Assembly (NCBI GenBank): GCA_964247135.1
Contig: CAXTTL010000162.1
Location: 1-11,134 of the forward strand
Direction: 5' to 3'
Source: an uncultured Deinococcales bacterium
GTDB taxonomy: Bacteria; Deinococcota; Deinococci; Deinococcales; JAAFIG01
Length of the DNA stretch: 11,134 bases
The notes beneath the pieces were generated by a model that had not been told where the DNA came from, did no database searches, and worked only from the letters and a program-made list of their open reading frames with translations. Position numbers and translations under genes: made by a program. Positions 6,335 through 11,134 of the stretch are shown one piece after another; within the stretch, counting starts at the first letter, position 1; each line of letters starts with the position of its first letter.

Positions 6335-7281
6335 AGCAGATCACGCATTCCTTCCTCGCCGGCGCGGCGGGCGTAGAGGTACAAGACCAACAGCGTCAAG
6401 CCCATGACCAGAAAGCTGATGGCTGCGCCAAATGGCCAGTCCCTCGAGGTGCCGAATTGCTGCGCGATGCTGTTGCCGATCAGGCTCACTTTCGCCCCGC
6501 CAAGCAAGTCCGGCACGACGTACATGCCCAGCGCCGGAATGGCGGTCAGGATGATCGCGGCGACCAGACCAGGCAGGGTTTGCGGCAGCAAAACTTGCAC
6601 GAACGCCTGGATTTTGCTGGCGTACAAATCCTGTGCCGCCTCGAGCAAGCTCCAGTCCACGCGTTCGACGGCGGTATAAAGCGGCAAAACCATAAAAGGC
6701 AAGTAGGTGTTGACCATGCCCCAATACACGGCAAAATCGCTGGGGTACAGACCGTCACCGGCTTTGACCAAGCCCAAGACCCGAGCAAATTCGGTGACGG
6801 GCGTGCCTGGTGAGAAGACGATCATCCAGGCGTAGGTGCGAATCACCAGGTTCGTCCAAGAGGAGACGATCACCAGCGTTAACCAGGTGTTGCGTCCTTT
6901 TGGTCCGTGGGCGGCGATAAAAAAGGCGACGGGGTACGCCAGCACCACGCAAAACAGTGTCGTGACCAGTGAAACCAGCACCGTGCGCCCGAGAATCTCG
7001 AGATAGACGGGGTCAAACCCCAGAATATCCCAGCCCGCAAAACGTACATAATTGTTGGGTGTGAACGGTTGGGTTACACCGCCGAGGTCATCTCGAGAGA
7101 GAAACGAGAACGCCAGCAGGATGATGCTTGGAATCACCAGGAATACCGTGATCCAGATGACGCCAGGTCCGGCGGTCAGTGCGGCTCGAGCCAGCACTTG
7201 AAGCGGATTGAGGACTTCACCGCCGACGGTACTGGAGGTGCGGGCTTTCTTGGCTCGAGGTTTCTTGGCTTCCGAGATCAC
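6331..7281 (-). CDS. potB: Spermidine/putrescine ABC transporter permease
   Basis: LAYPVAFFIA, WTNLVIRTYAW, YLPFMVLPLY, LLEAAQDLYA, PDLLGG and RDWPFGAAIS. GTGA overlap with the potA stop. Confidence 0.93.
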   Translation of the reverse strand: MISEAKKPRAKKARTSSTVGGEVLNPLQVLARAALTAGPGVIWITVFLVIPSIILLAFSFLSRDDLGGVTQPFTPNNYVRFAGWDILGFDPVYLEILGRTVLVSLVTTLFCVVLAYPVAFFIAAHGPKGRNTWLTLVIVSSWTNLVIRTYAWMIVFSPGTPVTEFARVLGLVKAGDGLYPSDFAVYWGMVNTYLPFMVLPLYTAVERVDWSLLEAAQDLYASKIQAFVQVLLPQTLPGLVAAIILTAIPALGMYVVPDLLGGAKVSLIGNSIAQQFGTSRDWPFGAAISFLVMGLTLLVLYLYARRAGEEGMRDLL

Positions 7282-8402
7282 AAGGTTTCCGCCTTGGTGT
7301 GCGCCTCGAGCAAGATCAGTTTGTGCGGTGGGAAACTGGCATAAAGGGTTTCGCCCGTTTCAAAGTCGAGCATCACCTCGCCGATGTTCATGGCGCTGAC
7401 CTCGAGTTCGGTGCCGTCGCCGGTTTTGACGCGGTAGGCGTCCATCGCGCCCGAGTAAATTTCGTCGGTGATTTTGACCGCAACGGTGTTGACACTCGAG
7501 TTTTGGGTTCGGGTCAAACTGATTTTTTCGGGGCGTATTGCCAGCGTCACCTCGCCCGAGGCGGGCAAATCGCATTCAACCTCGAGGTCGCCAAAGGCGG
7601 TCTTGACCTTGTGCGGTGCGATCACGGTGGCGGCAATGGTGTTGCTCGAGCCTAAGAATTTGGCGACGTAAGCGTTGGCGGGGTGTTCGTACATTTCTTC
7701 TGGGCGTCCGAGTTGTTCGATCACGCCTCGGTTCATGACCGCCAAACGGTCTGACATGGTTAATGCCTCTTCTTGGTCGTGGGTGACAAAAATAAAGGTC
7801 ATGGCAAGACGCGATTGAAGGCGCATCAACTCCACTTGCAAATTGGCGCGAAGTTTGCGATCCAGCGCCGAGAGGGGTTCGTCGAGCAGCAAGACTTGCG
7901 GTTCGTTGACAATCGCCCTGGCGAGCGCCACGCGTTGCCGCTGACCGCCCGAGAGTTGCGCGGGCTTGTTCCGAGCCTTGCTGGCAATCTCGACCGTCTC
8001 GAGCGCCCTCTCAACTCGAGTGTTGATCTCAGAGGCTGCCACCTTGCGCATTTTTAAACCGAACGCCACATTGTCCCAGATGCTCATGTGCGGAAATAGC
8101 GCGTAATTTTGAAATACGGTGTTGACGTTGCGCTGGTTGGGCGGCAACTGCGAAACGTCTTGCCCGCGCAATTTCACCTCGCCGGAGTCGGCAAATTCAA
8201 ACCCCGCCAAAATCCGCAGCAGGGTCGTTTTGCCGCAGCCCGAAGGTCCGAGCAAACTGAAAAACTCGCCGCGCCGAATCTCGAGACTGATGCCCTTTAA
8301 AACCTCGAGATCACCGAATGATTTTCTGACATTCCCGAAGGTCACGTCCGAGTTTTGCTCGAGTTGACGCTTTCGCCGCTCAGTCTGGTTGAGTTCAGTC
8401 AC
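7278..8402 (-). CDS. potA: Spermidine/putrescine ABC transporter ATP-binding protein
   Basis: Walker A GPSGCGKT, VFQNYALFPHM, signature LSGGQ, Walker B LLLDEP, H-loop VTHDQEEA and a C-terminal TOBE-like region. The start is reassigned from 8447 to GTG 8402, 7 nt after a -10-like CATAAT. Confidence 0.93.
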   Translation of the reverse strand: MTELNQTERRKRQLEQNSDVTFGNVRKSFGDLEVLKGISLEIRRGEFFSLLGPSGCGKTTLLRILAGFEFADSGEVKLRGQDVSQLPPNQRNVNTVFQNYALFPHMSIWDNVAFGLKMRKVAASEINTRVERALETVEIASKARNKPAQLSGGQRQRVALARAIVNEPQVLLLDEPLSALDRKLRANLQVELMRLQSRLAMTFIFVTHDQEEALTMSDRLAVMNRGVIEQLGRPEEMYEHPANAYVAKFLGSSNTIAATVIAPHKVKTAFGDLEVECDLPASGEVTLAIRPEKISLTRTQNSSVNTVAVKITDEIYSGAMDAYRVKTGDGTELEVSAMNIGEVMLDFETGETLYASFPPHKLILLEAHTKAETL

Positions 8403-8409
8403 CTTGGGT

Positions 8410-8439
8410 ATTATGCGGCATCGGCGCACCGAAAGGCAA
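8410..8439 (-). promoter_or_regulatory. Putative leaderless promoter of potABCD
   Basis: Minus strand TTGCCT (8439-8434) - 18 nt - CATAAT (8415-8410) - 7 nt - GTG (8402). Confidence 0.5.
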
Positions 8440-8465
8440 AAACCCAAACCGAATTGGGTTTGGGT
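8438..8465 (-). terminator. Intrinsic terminator after the 3D-domain gene
   Basis: Perfect 9-bp stem ACCCAAACC (8442-8450) / GGTTTGGGT (8457-8465) with a 6-nt loop, followed by a T run on the minus strand. Confidence 0.65.
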
Positions 8466-8490
8466 CTAAAGTGTTCCACAAAAAATTTGC

Positions 8491-9369
8491 CTAACGTCGT
8501 CCGTAACGTAAAATCGTTAACTTCACCTGGCGTTTGCCCCAACGCAGTGCCATGCTGCGGCTGTAAAACCAGATGTCCACGGTTCTCGAGATTCGCGGAT
8601 TCATGGTGTCTTCAACGACGAAGACCACACCTTGCAACATGCTGTTGTAACGTCCGCGTCCGGCACCAGAACCCAGTGCGCCCATGTCCTCGAGCGTCAC
8701 CTGCGAACCGTATGGGATGCTGCCGAGCATGTCTGGACTGAGGGCGATCACGCCGAAACGGGTTCGTGCGCCTGTGGCGGTGACCCTGGGGCTGGAATCG
8801 GTTTGGCTGATCGAGCTGTTGTAAGCCGTCGATTTTAAGAAATAACTCGGTCCTCTGCGGCTGGATAAGGTGCTGACCCTGGAAGAGGTTGTGATCTTGG
8901 GTTTTGTTTTGGGTTTGAGGGTCGCTTTAATGCTTGGTTTTGGCGCTGCGCTGGTTTTTGCCGTGCTTGCCACACTGGGTTTGCTGCTCGAGGTGCTTGG
9001 CTTGGGGTTGCTCGAGGTGCTGGAGGGTTTGACTGCCAAAGCAACGCTCGGGGGGCTGGCTGGGGCGATGCTGCCGCTCGAGGTTCGGGTGCTGACGGCG
9101 GCTGATGGACTGTCGGGCAACGAGGACGGCAATGGCGTGCTCGAGGTGATGGCGCTTGGCGGGTTGCCGCCGAGCACGCTGAGGGCTTCAAAACGAAGGG
9201 GCAGCGGAATTTGCACTGGGTCTGGCAGTGGAAGGTTGTTGGAAAGCAAAGTTCCGTCCAGGTCTTCAGTTTGTCCTGGGGCACTTTGCGCGAGGCTGTT
9301 CCAGCCAGCAATCATGATGGTGAGCGTGACGACCAATGTCAGTACACGCCAAAAGTTCTGTCTTGTCAT
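8491..9369 (-). CDS. Secreted or membrane-anchored 3D (Asp-Asp-Asp) domain protein with Ser/Pro/Lys-rich linker; putative cell-wall lytic transglycosylase-like
   Basis: N-terminal hydrophobic segment and low-complexity linker. C-terminal STAYNSSISQTDSSPRVTATG...VIALSPD...IPYGSQV...VEDTMNPR...VDIWF...ALRWGKRQV is typical of 3D domains. AAGGAGG SD. Confidence 0.88.
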   Translation of the reverse strand: MTRQNFWRVLTLVVTLTIMIAGWNSLAQSAPGQTEDLDGTLLSNNLPLPDPVQIPLPLRFEALSVLGGNPPSAITSSTPLPSSLPDSPSAAVSTRTSSGSIAPASPPSVALAVKPSSTSSNPKPSTSSSKPSVASTAKTSAAPKPSIKATLKPKTKPKITTSSRVSTLSSRRGPSYFLKSTAYNSSISQTDSSPRVTATGARTRFGVIALSPDMLGSIPYGSQVTLEDMGALGSGAGRGRYNSMLQGVVFVVEDTMNPRISRTVDIWFYSRSMALRWGKRQVKLTILRYGRR

Positions 9370-9966
9370 TCTCGAGCGCCTCCTTGGTGGGCGTCAAAAT
9401 TTCACGCCATGAGGTCGAGCAATAAAAAAAGCTGTTGGCAACGTATTTCGTCGCCTTCGAGCGTTCCAAGAGATTAGACGTGCTCCTTAAGGGTTTGATG
9501 AGTTTTAAACTGGTATTTTCTCATGCAATCACATTCTGTTCCTTAAACCCAGCTTCAAAACCAGCGAATCATCCCAGGCTCAAGGCTTCTGGTACCATGA
9601 GAGAACTGCCAAGACGGCTGACCAAATTCTCATGCTTAACATTCGAGAATTTAACCCCCAGTAAATGTAGGTTAGGTTACAGACACTACCAGATGTAGTT
9701 TGACACAACCATAAATAACCCAAAGAACCCATCAACTGGTGGCAAATCACCCCAAAGCCAAAGTCTTCGAGAAATCTTCAAAAAACATTGCAAAAAACCA
9801 GGCACAAACCGCGCACAATACATCAACAGGGGGTAACCACCTCGAGCGCCAAACATCACCCGCAACGAATGACGAAGCACACTGCTGTTCTCAGCGCCCC
9901 AAAACTAGAATCTAGGCATTCAAAACCTCGAGACAATAACTCGAGCATCAAAACGGAGGAAAGACC

Positions 9967-10707
9967 ATGACAAGCACCCCAAACCCAAACTCGCAACGCC
10001 TCGGCTTTATCTTGATTGGCATCGCAGCACTTTTAACCATCAGCCTGATTGCAGGCGACGGCGCGGGTTGGTTGATTGTTGGCGCGATAGCCGCCGGATT
10101 CCTGTATTTCTACCGCAAGAATCGTCTTCCAGGACTTGCCGTTCCGGGCGGAATTCTGGCGGGCGTCAGTGCGGGCATTTTGTTTGACAGCATCCTCGGC
10201 TTTGACACCGCCTTCTTGATTGGACTGGCGGGCGGTTTTTACCTGATCACCAAACTCGAGCCAAAACGTCACGCCTGGGCAATCTATCCAGCCATCGCCC
10301 TGATTGGTATTGTGGTGGTCAATTTTGTCTCCGATTCGCCGTGGGTGTTTATTCTGGGCACGTTCGCCCTTGGCGTTCATTTTCTAAATCGCAGCAAAAC
10401 AAACCGTATCTCGAGCAGCCCAGCAAACATTGAAGTCGATCTTTCAAGCGTCCAAACGATTGTCCCAACTGTTGAAACCTCAAGCTCGAGCAGCTTTCAC
10501 AGCGCACTTTCACGCCTCGACCGCCTGAAAGCCTGGCGCGGCAACATTGCGGTGCAAAACCAAATTCCTGTTCAAGATGTGCTTTCCGACGCTCAACTCG
10601 AGCATCTCGCACACGCCCCAGTCAGCACGCTCGAAGCTTTGCAAGACACCCTCGAGATTGGGCAGCTTGTGAAGTACGGATCGGCGGTGCTGGCAATCTT
10701 GCAGTAG
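9967..10707 (+). CDS. Multi-pass membrane protein with a C-terminal HRDC-like domain
   Basis: About 6 short Gly-rich TM helices (aa 12-140) and a Ser-rich linker, then RLKAWRGNIAVQNQIPVQDVLSDAQLEHLA...TLEAL...KYGSAVLAIL, which matches the HRDC pattern. GGAGG SD 7 nt before the ATG. Confidence 0.8.
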   Translation: MTSTPNPNSQRLGFILIGIAALLTISLIAGDGAGWLIVGAIAAGFLYFYRKNRLPGLAVPGGILAGVSAGILFDSILGFDTAFLIGLAGGFYLITKLEPKRHAWAIYPAIALIGIVVVNFVSDSPWVFILGTFALGVHFLNRSKTNRISSSPANIEVDLSSVQTIVPTVETSSSSSFHSALSRLDRLKAWRGNIAVQNQIPVQDVLSDAQLEHLAHAPVSTLEALQDTLEIGQLVKYGSAVLAILQ

Positions 10708-10732
10708 AAATGAGATTCAATCAGCATTTGAG

Positions 10733-10765
10733 AACCGAGGAGGGCTACTGCCTCCTCGGTTTTTT
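10733..10765 (+). terminator. Intrinsic terminator after the membrane-HRDC gene
   Basis: 11-bp stem AACCGAGGAGG (10733-10743) / CCTCCTCGGTT (10751-10761) with a 7-nt loop, followed by a T run. Confidence 0.85.
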
Positions 10766-10769
10766 GTGG

Positions 10770-10813
10770 TTGATGGATTGCATGACAACATTGATGGATT
10801 GCATGACAACATT
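10770..10813. repeat. Perfect 21-bp tandem duplication (2 copies)
   Basis: TTGATGGATTGCATGACAACA at 10770-10790 and 10791-10811, followed by TT. Confidence 0.9.
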
Positions 10814-10854
10814 TACGGATGTGTAAAAACCTTCTCGAGGCTCGAGTTTTATTC

Positions 10855-10900
10855 GTTCAGAAGGTTCAGTATTGACTGAACGAACAGAACGGACTATATT
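10855..10900 (+). promoter_or_regulatory. Leaderless promoter with an overlapping palindromic operator for the GbsR/MarR gene
   Basis: TTGACT (10872-10877) - 17 nt - TATATT (10895-10900) - 6 nt - ATG (10907). The dyad GTTCAGT-attg-ACTGAAC (10864-10881) sits on the -35. Confidence 0.8.
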
Positions 10901-10906
10901 TCAACC

Positions 10907-11134
10907 ATGTTGTCCCCTCGAGATCAGTTGATCGAAGATTTTGGAATGTACTTCGAGCAATACGGGCTGTCACGTATTCTAGGGCGCATTTATGGCTTAC
11001 TGATGATCGCAGACGAGCCAATGTTGGGACTCGATCAAATGGCAGAGCGACTGGGCATTTCCAAAGCCAGCGTCAGTACCACGGTACGCCAATTGCAGGC
11101 ATTCACCTTGATCGAAAAGGTCACGGTCCCACGG
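10907..11134 (+). CDS. GbsR/MarR family transcriptional regulator (3' truncated by the window)
   Basis: Manual translation gives MLSPRDQLIEDFGMYFEQYGLSRILGRIYGLLMIADEPMLGLDQMAERLGISKASVSTTVRQLQAFTLIEKVTVPR, a typical GbsR-type winged HTH. It is absent from the ORF track because there is no stop inside the window. Confidence 0.9.
   Translation, partial: MLSPRDQLIEDFGMYFEQYGLSRILGRIYGLLMIADEPMLGLDQMAERLGISKASVSTTVRQLQAFTLIEKVTVPR

Larger units (their letters stand above)
110..10922. repeat. Dispersed highly iterated palindrome CTCGAG (about 74 copies)
   Basis: Hand count of about 74 exact copies, e.g. at 110, 191, 388, 494, 589, 931, 1017, 1047, 1086, 1160 ... 10834, 10841, 10917. About 3 are expected for a random 6-mer at 50% GC. 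Confidence 0.95.

Noticed and set aside
1296-8367. Numerous antisense or alternate-frame ORFs over the TA, ybcL-like, 570-aa and pot genes
   Set aside because: They overlap well-supported genes and have no independent motifs or start signals.
8403-8447. N-terminal extension of PotA from the ORF track (start 8447)
   Set aside because: It overlaps a terminator and promoter-like boxes; GTG 8402 fits a leaderless start better.
8870-9412. 180-aa very hydrophobic plus-strand ORF resembling a membrane protein
   Set aside because: It is the antisense shadow of the Ser/Pro/Lys/Thr-rich linker of the 3D gene, which has a clear SD and domain.
9600-9720. Possible c-di-AMP (ydaO) riboswitch upstream of the 3D gene (minus strand TGGGGGTTAAAT)
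   Set aside because: The other conserved elements (GCTGAATCC, GGAACC, CCCGTCAGCTAAC) are not visible. A Rfam scan would settle it.
9435-9970. Short ORFs 9435..9698 (+), 9686..9880 (-) and 9788..9970 (+) in the long intergenic region
   Set aside because: None has a convincing SD, leaderless promoter or recognisable motif, and they overlap one another.
10770-10832. CRISPR array
   Set aside because: The repeats are directly adjacent with no spacers, there are only two copies, and no cas genes are present.

Overview
An 11.1-kb bacterial chromosomal window of about 50% GC. It is probably from Deinococcota, an inference from the leaderless TANNNT-N6/7-start promoters and the style of the 3D-domain protein. 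From left to right it holds: the 3' end of a FesM-like polytopic membrane protein (+); a toxin-first RelE/HigB-like + XRE-HTH toxin-antitoxin operon followed by a small AT-rich membrane ORF (-); a secreted YbhB/YbcL (PEBP) protein (-); a 570-aa exported protein of unknown function (-); a complete potABCD polyamine ABC transporter (-); a secreted 3D-domain cell-wall protein (-); a membrane protein fused to a C-terminal HRDC-like domain (+); and the 5' part of a GbsR/MarR regulator (+). The dominant unexplained signal is the palindrome CTCGAG, with about 74 copies by hand count against about 3 expected. It occurs in all reading frames, in terminators and in 5' UTRs, resembling cyanobacterial HIP1. 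Two unrelated genes also share an identical CTCGAG-N7-CTCGAG-N9-GGAGG leader. Other points of note are four leaderless promoters, two operator-like palindromes, a GTAG-type REP-like hairpin, a 21-bp tandem duplication and a recurring ATG(T)GATTGCATGAnAA-like motif.
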